A stretch of 64,000 nucleotides of DNA from Candidatus Poribacteria bacterium (GCA_028824125.1 JAPPES010000136.1:7007-71006), one strand, 5' to 3'; counted from the first letter of the stretch, positions 50,938 to 60,947 are shown. Translations and numbers: made by a program. Notes: a model not told the origin generated them from the letters alone.

Positions 50938-51211
50938 ACGACTTGTGCCAGTTAACTAAATGTTTTTGTTATTTTCACAGATATCAGGGATTGTTCTATA
51001 ACATATCGTCCCTACGGGACTAAAGATAGGGTATTCAACGTTTTTCTATAAACATATCGTCCCTACGGGACTAAAGATAGGGTATTCAACGTTTTTCTAT
51101 AAACATATCGTCCCTACGGGACTAAAGATCGTTCCAAATGTGAGAATTACTTATAATAATTCCTGCTTATGTGAAAAAATATATTATAAATAGTTATTTA
51201 GCACAACTCGT
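50938..51211 (+). mobile_element. MITE family B, copy 1, carrying 51-bp tandem REP-like repeats
   Basis: Imperfect 21-bp TIRs acgacttgtgccagttaacta and tagttatttagcacaactcgt; flanking direct repeat taattat at 50931-50937 and 51212-51218. Confidence 0.8.
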
Positions 51212-51242
51212 TAATTATAAGTATTCTTTCCTACGATCAAAT

Positions 51243-52958
51243 ATGAATCTTGATAAAAACCAAGAGAAAGCTGTTAATCATTTTGCGGGCCCTGCCATCG
51301 TTGTTGCGGGACCAGGGAGCGGGAAAACCAGAGTCGTAACAGAACGTATTCTCAGTCTCATTCAAACCCACAATATCCCTCCTTCTAAAATCCTCGCCAT
51401 AGCATTCAATAGAAAAGCGGTTGAAGAGATGGAAAATCGGATTGTTGCAGGGCTAAAGTCAAAAGGCACTTTACCTGTCATCCGTACACTCCACGCCTTT
51501 GGGAAAGATATTGTGACCGCGAACCATAGGCATGCGGGATTTGAACATCATCCCGAAATTTGGTCAGGGGAGATAGACAAAATCATTGCACAAGAAAGGG
51601 GACAGATTGATCAGGCAGCCTCATCCACAACTGTTTCCATCTATAAAATTGAAAATAAACTGACAGGCAAGTGTTATATAGGGCAGTCCACAAACCCGGA
51701 ACGGCGCAGACGTGAACATTTTGACCACTCGTCAAATGATCGACTACGTCAAGCCATTCGTGCAGAAGGAGAAACGCAGTTTGTCTTTAAAGTGTTGGAA
51801 CAGGTTGGAGGAAGAGAGGCAAACGGACGCGAAGCATATTGGATTAGACATCACAGAAACTGTGGCGAAGTGTTCAACCGCGCAGACCCAATGCGCGAAC
51901 AATTTAGCAATCAAGTTATGCTCGAGATGTTCTGCCAACATTTTAACATTCAATACACGGATCATTTGGATAGAGACCCCGATTTTGAAAATCTTCGTGA
52001 CCGTTTCTACGATATAAAAGATATAGTGATGCGTGCAAAACGACAAGTTGAAACCGGACTCTTTGATCCTAATTCGTTGAAAGACCCTGTTGCGCGTGAA
52101 TTCGCAAAGAAATATGAAGACCAAAAATCAACCGCGAATGCTGTTGATTTTGAAGATATGATTATCTACGCAGCACATTTATTAGAGACCCGCTCAGATA
52201 TCCGGCAAAAATACATAGACAGATACCCTTATGTGCTTGTTGATGAGTTCCAAGATATTGCCCCAATTGACTATCGACTTATTTCTCAACTGTCCGAAAA
52301 TCTATTTGCTGTAGGAGACGATGACCAGGCTATTTATAGCTTTCGGGGCGGTGATTCCCAGATTATGCAGAAATTCTCTAACCGATCAGATGTAAAAAAA
52401 TATGAGATTACGCGCAATTATCGTTCTACGTCAACAATTGTGGAGCATGCAAGAGCCATTATTGAACGAAACAAACCTCGGATTCGGAAAAACCTACGTT
52501 CTCATAATCCGATAAAAAATGAAATAGACATCATAGAGACGACACCTGAAACCATCAAAAAACATCTTCTACAAGAATTATCCGATAATATTGAGACAGC
52601 TATCCTTGTGAGAACTAATTATGAGATTGATCGAATTGAGGAGGTCCTTTCAAGTGAATCTTTATCTTTTCCGGTAGAGGTGACGACAATACATAAAGCA
52701 AAAGGACAGGAATGGGAGAGAGTAATTCTTATTCATAATACGTTGGATCGGAGGTTTCCCCGCAAGGATACCATACTTGAAGAAGAACGGCGCGTCTTTT
52801 ATGTGGCAATGACGCGGGCAAAGGGGCAGTTGGTTGTTCTCGGTGGGACGTGCCAATTTGTGCCGGAGTTTAAGAACATTCCTAAGAATATAGGGTATTA
52901 TTATCGGCAGTTTGCGTATTGGCGCGCAAGAAGGAAACTGAAAAAACTTGAGACTTGA
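51243..52958 (+). CDS. UvrD-like SF1 helicase with an inserted GIY-YIG nuclease domain
   Basis: AGPGSGKT, VDEFQD, VGDDDQAIY.FRG, NYRS, TIHKAKG.EW and EERR.FYVA.TRA; insert SIYKI...CYIGQSTNPERR..EH...E...FN. The track start at 51171 lies inside the MITE. Confidence 0.9.
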   Translation: MNLDKNQEKAVNHFAGPAIVVAGPGSGKTRVVTERILSLIQTHNIPPSKILAIAFNRKAVEEMENRIVAGLKSKGTLPVIRTLHAFGKDIVTANHRHAGFEHHPEIWSGEIDKIIAQERGQIDQAASSTTVSIYKIENKLTGKCYIGQSTNPERRRREHFDHSSNDRLRQAIRAEGETQFVFKVLEQVGGREANGREAYWIRHHRNCGEVFNRADPMREQFSNQVMLEMFCQHFNIQYTDHLDRDPDFENLRDRFYDIKDIVMRAKRQVETGLFDPNSLKDPVAREFAKKYEDQKSTANAVDFEDMIIYAAHLLETRSDIRQKYIDRYPYVLVDEFQDIAPIDYRLISQLSENLFAVGDDDQAIYSFRGGDSQIMQKFSNRSDVKKYEITRNYRSTSTIVEHARAIIERNKPRIRKNLRSHNPIKNEIDIIETTPETIKKHLLQELSDNIETAILVRTNYEIDRIEEVLSSESLSFPVEVTTIHKAKGQEWERVILIHNTLDRRFPRKDTILEEERRVFYVAMTRAKGQLVVLGGTCQFVPEFKNIPKNIGYYYRQFAYWRARRKLKKLET

Positions 52959-53055
52959 ATTAGGGATTGTGGTATAATCGCTATTTATGTGTCTATCTTG
53001 GAATTCCATATCTAACTAATTCCTATTTATGCTTTAATATCTACGAGAATATTCT

Positions 53056-56000
53056 GTGGAAGTTAAATTAGACGAACATCAATTGAAGGCAGTTAAACAC
53101 TTTGAAGGTCCTGCTCTTGTGGTAGCCGGACCTGGAAGTGGAAAAACTACTGTTATCATAGAGCGAATTTTGAATCTAATACATGAACATAACGTAGACC
53201 CCGCACAGATTCTTGCAATAGCTTTCACCAATGCTGCTGTAGATGAAATGAAAACAAGACTGAGTTGTGAAGCCGCTCTACCTAAAATCTGTACACTACA
53301 TGTTTTTGGAAAAGAACTAATTACAGATCATTATGACTTGTTAGGATTCAGCAAAGAACCTGAAACGTGGGGAGCAGAAGATATTAGGGAAAAAATATAT
53401 GAGGAAAGGTATTGGCTAAAAAGAGCAACCGATACAACACGCGTTGCAATCTATAAAATGGAGGGCAAAAGGACTCATCGATGTTATATCGGCCAGACTA
53501 CAGATCCAGAACGTCGCAAACAAGAACACCGCACGTATTCATCAAATCGAGGACTTCGTGAGGCACTACAGAGAGGCAATGAGGAATTTGAATTCGAAAT
53601 AATTAGAAAGCCAATGGGCAAAAATGCGGACTATGAAGAAACTGAAGAGATTAATAATCACAGAAACCGTGCTGCTGTTATTTTAGAAGAGGTACGAGAA
53701 GAAATAGTAAATGAAAATCCGGATATTGGCATAACTCTTTATAAAATTAAATCTAAGTCGACAGTCACTTGTTATTTTGGACTATCCACAGATCTAGAGC
53801 AGAGCAAAGAATTACACTTCACAGAGTCCCCAAATGATTCATTTCGTGAAGCAATTGAAAACGAAGAAATTGATATATCCTCATTTGAGGTTATGGCAGA
53901 AGGAATGTCCTGGGTAGACGCATCTACACACCTTGAAGGAGAAGTTAGGTCTTACAAAAAATGGGCAGTGTTTAACGACGAAGACCCATTACACGCACGA
54001 GATAGTACTCGACGACGAATTGAGGTATTCTGTAAATATTTTAATGTTCCCTACGATGAAGTCCTTGAACATACTCAGAAGTTTGAACATGAGATGCAAA
54101 AATTTGACAATCTGATAGATGACATTGAAAAACAGAAACGACAAGTAAAAAGTGGTAAGTTTCAACCTCATAAAATTGTGGATCCAATTCTTCGAGCATT
54201 TGCCACAAGGTATGAAGAAAGAAAGGATGAAGCCAATGCAATTGATTTATTTGATATGCTAATCTGTTCAGCAGATATGCTTGAGGAAAAACCTGAACTT
54301 CTAGACGGATATCGCGAAAAATATCGTTATGTATTTGTTGATGAATTTCAAGACATATCACCAACGGATTTTCGCTTGATAAAACTATTTCCAGATAACC
54401 TTTTTGCCGTAGGCGATGACGATCAGGCAATTTATGGATTCCGCGGCGGGGATTCCAACATTATGCAAAAGGACTTTGGCAACTGGGAAAATGTAGAAAA
54501 ATATGAAGTGACATGCAATTATCGTTCTACCTCAAGCATTGTTATGCATGCAAAGGCACTGATTAAACACAATAAGGCCCGAATCAGTAAAGATCTTCGT
54601 GCTGAAAAATTTTCATTGAATCAAGTAAAAATCTTGAATTCTACACAGAAGAATGTGAAAGAGGCATTGTTAAGCGAGATATCAAACATACTATCGAGTA
54701 ATTACCAAAATTTCGGAATCTTGGCTCGCAATTGGAAGGGTGAAATTAATGCGATACAAAAAATACTTGACTGCGACGAAATTAAGAAGCAAGGATTTGA
54801 TATTGAATGGGAAGGATTTGAAGATTCATCAGAAGATTTTGAAAACGAAGATGAAGAAAAAAGAAGGAAAATGTACCTACGTCATGGGTCAAAGGAAATA
54901 GAAATAATTAACATTCACAAAGCCAAAGGTAGGGAATGGGACAAAGTTATCCTTCTTGTGAATACAATGTATAATAGTTTTCCCGATGATAGAAATGATC
55001 TAGCTGAAGAAAGACGACTTTTCTACGTCGCGGTAACTCGTGCTAAACATGAATTACTCATTTTGGATGCAGGAAAATGTCAATTCACGTCTGAATTCCA
55101 GGATATACCACTTTCAGAACATAAACAGCAATTGAAAAAAGCCCAAAGTGTTTTATTATCTGCATTTGGAAAGCGTTTGACTGATGCTAAAGAACAACTG
55201 ACTGATGCTGAAGAGCAATTACAAATAGCTTCTGAAATTTTACCAACGGCATTAATGTCACAACGCGAAAGACTGATAGAATCGTCAGCAAAAGCTATTC
55301 GTAAGCAATACAAAATTGAACTTGAACATAGACGAAATGCTATCAATCGAACCGAGAGTACTACGAAAAAAATAAAAACAAACCTGCCTCAGCAACTAAA
55401 GAAATCTGAAGAGAACTTCCTTCCAAAGTTAATTCCAGTATTGGATCAGTTGGAATCTGTAATTAAAAATGTTACAGAGACAATTGAGACGAATATTTTA
55501 TCCGATGAATTAGCAACATTCTGCGAAGATATTCTTTCCACACAAGAACAGTTCCTTGATCTTCTTAAAAACTATGGAATCAAACCATTTGAAACCATTG
55601 GGACATCACTTAATCTCCAGCTACATGAAGTTATTCAACCCGCTTTGTACTCGGATAAAGTGCCGCAAGGAAAAATTGTCAAAGAATTTCAACGTGGATA
55701 TCTATTGCATGATCAGGTGATTCAGAAAGCAAAAGTTGCAATTTCTAAAGGACCAAATCCTTGGACAACTGAGAGATTAGAGCAAGTTGTGGAAATATAT
55801 TTGGACCGCCTAATTTCTGCATTTCAAACAAAATATCAATTTACCAATTTTGAAAAGCCGCGTGTTATAGAAAAAATGGTAAAATATCTGTTGGAATTAG
55901 AGGATGAATCTATAAAGGAAATTGGTTTGTTTTCCTCAAAAAGTACTGCAGAGGCTATTGAGGTAAAACGCTATGCCGACTATTGTGCCGGCCCTGAGAA

Positions 56001-57072
56001 AATACACTTGTGTACCAGCGTGTTTCAAGACTTCTGGAATAAAATGTGGGAAATAATTATATCTGATATAGAAAAAGATAATAAACAGGCAGATGTACTT
56101 TTGAGTCAAGATTTTACACAGCCGGTAAGGTTCATAACATATTCAGGCATTCGAGACCTTACGAACATAAAAACATTTCAGGATCACATTGTAGGAATTG
56201 ATACACAAGGTTCAAAGGTAAATTTGGAAACACACACCATCCTGTTTGCGTTTCCCAAAGAGAACATGGATGTACTAAAACCGAATGTCAAAACAAGACG
56301 AGCTATTACAGATCAAAAATTGCAACCGGTCCAAAACATGTCTGAAAGGTTCCATGTTGCAGATGATAGTTTCAAGACAATTCTTATTAATCAGGACACA
56401 GGAGAAATTTGTAATCAAAAATCTGGTGTCCAACTTGTTACCCGATCTGGTCATGTTCTAAAGGGTTATCTTTGGGACTTCAACTTTAATTTCCTATTTA
56501 TGCAAATCAATGGGACTGATGTGGTTGTTTATCGGCATGGGTTATTAGAATTCAAATATTTGGATTGGGATGAAATTGTTAATGCCTACAAAAGCGGAAT
56601 TCCCATTTATGGAAAGGTTTCTGAGGAAATTAAAGGCGGTCTGAAAATAAAATACGGATCCTTATATGGATTTCTTCCCGCATCAGAAATAGAATTAAGA
56701 TCAACTTACAAACTGGATTCATATATTGGAAAAGCATTTGAAATGAAAATAATTAAACTCAACAAACAGCGGAAAAATTTTGTTTTATCGCGACGTGCCT
56801 GGCTTAAGGAAAAAAGAAATGAGTTTTTTAAAACCCTTAAGATTGGACAACAGGTTACAGGCATTGTGAAAAACATTACAACTTTTGGTGCGTTTGTTGA
56901 TCTCGGGTACGTTGATGGATTAATTCACATAACGGAGTTAGCTTTGAAACGTATAGGTCACCCATCCGAAGTCATTTCAATTGGTGATGAAGTTGAAGTA
57001 AAAGTTATCAAATTTAATCGAGAAGATGGAAAGATATGGTTGAGTCTAAAACAAATGAAAAGCGCCCCTTAG
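53056..57072 (+). CDS. Multidomain UvrD-like helicase with two GIY-YIG inserts and GrpE-like, Hfq/Sm-like and S1 domains
   Basis: All SF1 motifs present; GrpE-like LIPVLDQLE...HE...QRGYLL...VI..AKV.IS; YRHGL Sm2-like motif; RpsA-like GIVKNITTFGAFVDLG.VDGLIHITEL. Confidence 0.85.
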   Translation: MEVKLDEHQLKAVKHFEGPALVVAGPGSGKTTVIIERILNLIHEHNVDPAQILAIAFTNAAVDEMKTRLSCEAALPKICTLHVFGKELITDHYDLLGFSKEPETWGAEDIREKIYEERYWLKRATDTTRVAIYKMEGKRTHRCYIGQTTDPERRKQEHRTYSSNRGLREALQRGNEEFEFEIIRKPMGKNADYEETEEINNHRNRAAVILEEVREEIVNENPDIGITLYKIKSKSTVTCYFGLSTDLEQSKELHFTESPNDSFREAIENEEIDISSFEVMAEGMSWVDASTHLEGEVRSYKKWAVFNDEDPLHARDSTRRRIEVFCKYFNVPYDEVLEHTQKFEHEMQKFDNLIDDIEKQKRQVKSGKFQPHKIVDPILRAFATRYEERKDEANAIDLFDMLICSADMLEEKPELLDGYREKYRYVFVDEFQDISPTDFRLIKLFPDNLFAVGDDDQAIYGFRGGDSNIMQKDFGNWENVEKYEVTCNYRSTSSIVMHAKALIKHNKARISKDLRAEKFSLNQVKILNSTQKNVKEALLSEISNILSSNYQNFGILARNWKGEINAIQKILDCDEIKKQGFDIEWEGFEDSSEDFENEDEEKRRKMYLRHGSKEIEIINIHKAKGREWDKVILLVNTMYNSFPDDRNDLAEERRLFYVAVTRAKHELLILDAGKCQFTSEFQDIPLSEHKQQLKKAQSVLLSAFGKRLTDAKEQLTDAEEQLQIASEILPTALMSQRERLIESSAKAIRKQYKIELEHRRNAINRTESTTKKIKTNLPQQLKKSEENFLPKLIPVLDQLESVIKNVTETIETNILSDELATFCEDILSTQEQFLDLLKNYGIKPFETIGTSLNLQLHEVIQPALYSDKVPQGKIVKEFQRGYLLHDQVIQKAKVAISKGPNPWTTERLEQVVEIYLDRLISAFQTKYQFTNFEKPRVIEKMVKYLLELEDESIKEIGLFSSKSTAEAIEVKRYADYCAGPEKIHLCTSVFQDFWNKMWEIIISDIEKDNKQADVLLSQDFTQPVRFITYSGIRDLTNIKTFQDHIVGIDTQGSKVNLETHTILFAFPKENMDVLKPNVKTRRAITDQKLQPVQNMSERFHVADDSFKTILINQDTGEICNQKSGVQLVTRSGHVLKGYLWDFNFNFLFMQINGTDVVVYRHGLLEFKYLDWDEIVNAYKSGIPIYGKVSEEIKGGLKIKYGSLYGFLPASEIELRSTYKLDSYIGKAFEMKIIKLNKQRKNFVLSRRAWLKEKRNEFFKTLKIGQQVTGIVKNITTFGAFVDLGYVDGLIHITELALKRIGHPSEVISIGDEVEVKVIKFNREDGKIWLSLKQMKSAP

Positions 57073-57368
57073 GAAGATGTTGAAGTGAAATATCCAATTA
57101 GTTCAACAGTTCAAGGAGTTGTGTAAATATCGTTGACTATGAAACGTTTCTACAGCTTGAAGAAGGAGTCGAAGGACTGCTTCATATTTCAGAGATGTCA
57201 AGCGTCGCCGGTGATAAGAGTCCGATAAATCTTCTTAATGAGGGCGATGAAGTTGTTGTTCTTGAAATATCCAAAAATTCTAAGCGAATTTCGCTCAGTA
57301 TGAAACAAACCCAAGAGAACTTATTAAAACTCTTATTAGAAAAGTATTCAGATAAATCAAAAAGCTAA
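57073..57368 (+). pseudogene. Inactivated additional S1 repeat at the helicase 3' end
   Basis: TAG sits where RpsA has Trp (P-W-E..E.KYP). After a 1-nt frameshift at about 57122 the sequence reads VNIVDYETFLQLEEGVEGLLHISEMS...RISLSMKQ. Confidence 0.8.
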
Positions 57369-57372
57369 CCTA

Positions 57373-58605
57373 ATGGAAAACAATCGAAAAAACACGAATT
57401 CATCCACACGCAATCAGTTTTTCTTCCTCACATTCACACATACCATCCTTGATTCTTACGCCAACCTATTTCCACATTTACAACCGCGTTTATTAGCTAA
57501 CCTTGCTTCCGCAACGACGCGAAATAGTTTTGCGGGTATTCTCATCTCAGTCTATAGTCTTTTCAGTTCTCTTGGACAGGTTTTCTTTGGATGGTTGTCG
57601 GATAGGGTAAGGACAGTCCATTTCATTACATTCGGAGTAGCATTCACGGTAATCGGTTTAGGCCTGGTGAGTCTTATCCCTTCAACAACTATTGTAATTG
57701 TGTTATTAGCTATCGGTGGTACGGGTATTGCAGCATTTCATCCACAAGCGACAACTTATGCAGGGGCACTTGCAGCTGAAACAAGAGGTATGGGAATTTC
57801 CATTTTTCTCACAGGTGGTAATATTGGACGCGCTATTGGTCCAGTAGTCCTACTTTTGATACCCTACCGTCTCGGATACGGACATTTAATTTGGGAAATG
57901 ATACCGGGTTTACTTGTAGCGTTATCGGTACCTATCATATTAAAATTTGAACATGAACTTGACCTGACCGCGTCTACTCGTGTACTATCACATGGAGGAA
58001 AGACACAACGAGAATCCTTTTGGATTGTTGTCCAACCTCACCTGTTTCCACTAATTGTATTGTTTGTTATTGCCTCGTTTCGAACGGTCACTGGGATAGG
58101 ATTAGAGAACTTTCTCTCCATCTACTTTAATGATCTGAATTATTCAGATCAGATGCGTTCTTTAGTTGTTGCACTCTATATCTTTGCGGGTTCTATGGGT
58201 ATTATGGGAAGTGGCTGGGTATTAAGTCGTGTACACACACTTATTTTACTGTTGTTCTCACTCGTTGTTGCACCGCCACTGCTCTATATTGCACTTCACA
58301 CTCAGGGTATCACTGCACTGGTATTTCTGTTTTTGGGTAACGTAGTTCTATCAAGTTCAATTACGTTAAACATTATCGTAGCACAGATTATTTTGCGAGG
58401 GCATGAGAACATCGCATCAAGTTTTATGATGGGTGCATCGTGGGGTGTGGGCGGATTATTAAATTTGGTTGTCGGTGCTTTGGCAGATAAGTACGGATTA
58501 CCTATTGTGCTGGATTGGTTAGTAATGGTGCCGTTGATGGTGTCTCCACTGGTGATATTCCTCAGGAGTCAACCAGATTTATCCAAACCAAAATCAGAAA
58601 ACTAA
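57373..58605 (+). CDS. MFS transporter (Fsr-like)
   Basis: About 12 TMs; H..LDSY, FGWLSDR, G.AAFHP and GGN.G.A.GP. Confidence 0.9.
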   Translation: MENNRKNTNSSTRNQFFFLTFTHTILDSYANLFPHLQPRLLANLASATTRNSFAGILISVYSLFSSLGQVFFGWLSDRVRTVHFITFGVAFTVIGLGLVSLIPSTTIVIVLLAIGGTGIAAFHPQATTYAGALAAETRGMGISIFLTGGNIGRAIGPVVLLLIPYRLGYGHLIWEMIPGLLVALSVPIILKFEHELDLTASTRVLSHGGKTQRESFWIVVQPHLFPLIVLFVIASFRTVTGIGLENFLSIYFNDLNYSDQMRSLVVALYIFAGSMGIMGSGWVLSRVHTLILLLFSLVVAPPLLYIALHTQGITALVFLFLGNVVLSSSITLNIIVAQIILRGHENIASSFMMGASWGVGGLLNLVVGALADKYGLPIVLDWLVMVPLMVSPLVIFLRSQPDLSKPKSEN

Positions 58606-58622
58606 TACCATTAAGGGACTTA

Positions 58623-58846
58623 ACGACTTGTACCAGTTAACTAATTGTTTTTGTTATTTTCACAGATATTAGGTGTTGTCATATAAACATATCGTCCCTA
58701 CGGGACTAAAGAGGGCGTTTATTTCGTTTTTTTATAAACATATCGTCCCTGCGGGACTAAAGAGCATATCAACAATAGGAAATACGGACAAAACGTTCTG
58801 TTTATGTGAAATAATATTTTTCCAAAAGTTATTTAGCACAACTCGT
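58623..58846 (+). mobile_element. MITE family B, copy 2
   Basis: Same ends as 50938-51211 with two internal REP-like units; flanking direct repeat gactta at 58617-58622 and 58847-58852. Confidence 0.8.
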
Positions 58847-59001
58847 GACTTAATGAATTTTGCAGCTCATCTTACGTTGAATGTAAGAGACGCAATAAAT
58901 TGCGCGACTACAAACGCGTATTTTATTAGTGCGGAGTTATCATTCAGGAATGGTATAACATGGCAGTAATTGCAGAACTTTAAATGTAGATGGGATTCTG
59001 A

Positions 59002-60081
59002 CTAAAAAGCCCATAATACACTTAAAAAATGGGTGTTAATCAGATCGCCAATGAGCAGTGCGTAATCAAGCCGAAACTGTTTGAGTTGGATACCGACCCC
59101 ACTTGTCAACCGAGTATCGCGGTAACCAATGCGCAGTGCTAACGGAGGACTGAGATGATATTCTATGCCGAGATGTGTTTGCCCACCGTAACGCTGTTGC
59201 CATTGATAGGATAGAATTAATTCGCGGTTAAAAAGCAGTTTTGTGAAATAGGCGAGACCTATATTCAGATTTGCTGGAATTGACTCTTTGAGTGCAGGCA
59301 CGGTATTCCATGTCAAAGTTGTTTGGGATATATCCTGTAGGTTTACACCGAAAGCAAACCCACCTGCATCTTCAAGACCAAAAAGGGCGTTCATGTCTGG
59401 CATACGCATTAGCACACCCGCATCAAAGCCGTATCCGCGACTCCCGTAAGTAGAAAACACGGAAGTAATCTCATCAAGATCGCCTGCCCCGTTGAAATTC
59501 TGAAAGATACCTTTCATATTTACACCGAATAGAAATTCAGGTGGGACAGAATCCCTACCGAAGTTATCCCACCACGATTGACTAATGGCAACGCGTGTTG
59601 CAAGTGATAGCACAAAAGCGTTTTCACTATCGTTAAGGTAACCTGAAGGCGTAAAGTCTTCTTCGCGTGGTCGATATTTCGGGTCATTTTTGCGTTGGTC
59701 AGCACTAATTGCGGGATCAAACGCTGGCACATCGTAATAGATAGGGATGTCGTCAATACCAGCGCGAATCCATGAGAGTCCGAGCGTCAGTTGTGGTAAG
59801 ATTTTTCCGATGCCACTGACATAACTAAATGCCCCTAATCCTGAGCGGCGTGTCGCATGCATCATACAAACTTGATACTTTTGCGAAACGCCTGCTATTC
59901 CTGCAGGATTCCAGTAAGTCGCAGTGGCATCGTCTGCTATGCTAACATACGCGCCGCCGAGTCCAAGGGCGCGTGCGCCGATACCGTTCGTTAAAAAATC
60001 ACCAGTATAGTTTTCTGCGGATGCGGACAAAACGATGAGAAAACAGCATCCGATAAGTGCCAAGTGTTTTAGTTTACGCAA
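59002..60081 (-). CDS. PorV/PorQ-like outer-membrane beta-barrel
   Basis: FL..GIGARALGLGGAY...ADDATA.YWNPAG; C-terminal LDYA...L..TH..S...F. Confidence 0.85.
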   Translation of the reverse strand: MRKLKHLALIGCCFLIVLSASAENYTGDFLTNGIGARALGLGGAYVSIADDATATYWNPAGIAGVSQKYQVCMMHATRRSGLGAFSYVSGIGKILPQLTLGLSWIRAGIDDIPIYYDVPAFDPAISADQRKNDPKYRPREEDFTPSGYLNDSENAFVLSLATRVAISQSWWDNFGRDSVPPEFLFGVNMKGIFQNFNGAGDLDEITSVFSTYGSRGYGFDAGVLMRMPDMNALFGLEDAGGFAFGVNLQDISQTTLTWNTVPALKESIPANLNIGLAYFTKLLFNRELILSYQWQQRYGGQTHLGIEYHLSPPLALRIGYRDTRLTSGVGIQLKQFRLDYALLIGDLINTHFLSVLWAF

Positions 60082-60125
60082 TGATTCCTATTTCCTTTTA
60101 GATTCCGTCATAACAGTGTATTATT

Positions 60126-60947
60126 TTAGGGTTTAACATCTTGCACACATCTAAATCCAACATCGCTGCTCAAAAGCGAAGGTTTCTCACCCATGCGGTT
60201 TGCAACACGAACGCTTTTTGCATTGAAACTCCACGAACCTCCACGTACAACACGGCGTGTCTTTATATTTTGCAAGTTATCAATAATCTGATTGAGGTTT
60301 TCTGCTCCAGCGATGGGATTGCGTTGAGGCGAATTAGCATAGAAATTTTTCTGATACGCATCAAGGCACCACTCCGACACATTACCGACCATATCAAATA
60401 AGTCGTAATCATTGGCAGGATATTTTCCGGCAGGCGTTGTTTGCTCCTCATGTGTGCCAGATTTTGTGTTCTTGTTGTAGTTCGCTTTTCTTATATCAAT
60501 TGTATCACCCCACGGATATTTCTTTCCAATTAAGCCGCCGCGCGCTGCTTTCTCCCATTCTGCTTCGGTCGGTAGACGTTTGCCTGCCCACTGTGCATAC
60601 GCCATTGCATCGTGCCAACTGACACCGACAACAGGGTGCTGGTCGGTAGGCGAACACCGAAAGACAGAATCGGATAGTGCGCGATGTTTAGTGGCATTGA
60701 TGAATTTTTTGTAATCTCCCACTGTTACCTCATGTTTATCTATGTAAAAAGCATCAAGATGAACAGTGTGGATAGGCTTTTCGTCACGATCACCGTTTGT
60801 GCTTCCCATCTGAAATTCCCCTGCGGGAATCAATACCATACCCGTTGGAACAGACACTTTTTTAATGTTGTTATGACCTTCCGAGAACAAACCTGTTGTA
60901 ACGCAGAAAGGACTAAACAGTAGCAAAATCAATATACATTTCATCAA
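60126..60947 (-). CDS. Formylglycine-generating enzyme (FGE/SUMF1)-domain protein
   Basis: IPAGEFQMGS, HPVVGVSW.DA, RLPTEAEWEKAARGG, DM.GNV.EW, RGGSW and GFRC. Confidence 0.93.
   Translation of the reverse strand: MMKCILILLLFSPFCVTTGLFSEGHNNIKKVSVPTGMVLIPAGEFQMGSTNGDRDEKPIHTVHLDAFYIDKHEVTVGDYKKFINATKHRALSDSVFRCSPTDQHPVVGVSWHDAMAYAQWAGKRLPTEAEWEKAARGGLIGKKYPWGDTIDIRKANYNKNTKSGTHEEQTTPAGKYPANDYDLFDMVGNVSEWCLDAYQKNFYANSPQRNPIAGAENLNQIIDNLQNIKTRRVVRGGSWSFNAKSVRVANRMGEKPSLLSSDVGFRCVQDVKP

Noticed and set aside
51001-51129. CRISPR-like array of palindromic repeats
   Set aside because: The two intervening sequences are identical (a 51-bp tandem repeat), the unit is dispersed in both orientations elsewhere, it sits within a MITE, and there are no cas genes.
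51630-51885. Intein or group I intron explaining the GIY-YIG inserts
   Set aside because: No Cys/Ser...His-Asn splice junctions are visible, the frame is continuous, and the insert is present at the same site in both diverged paralogues.
57070-57072. Pyrrolysine/amber readthrough
   Set aside because: The position corresponds to Trp (TGG to TAG) and is followed by a frameshift, which fits decay; no pyl genes are seen.
50938-58846. Composite transposon of two MITE-B copies carrying the helicases and MFS gene
   Set aside because: Each copy has its own distinct flanking direct repeat (taattat versus gactta), indicating independent insertions.
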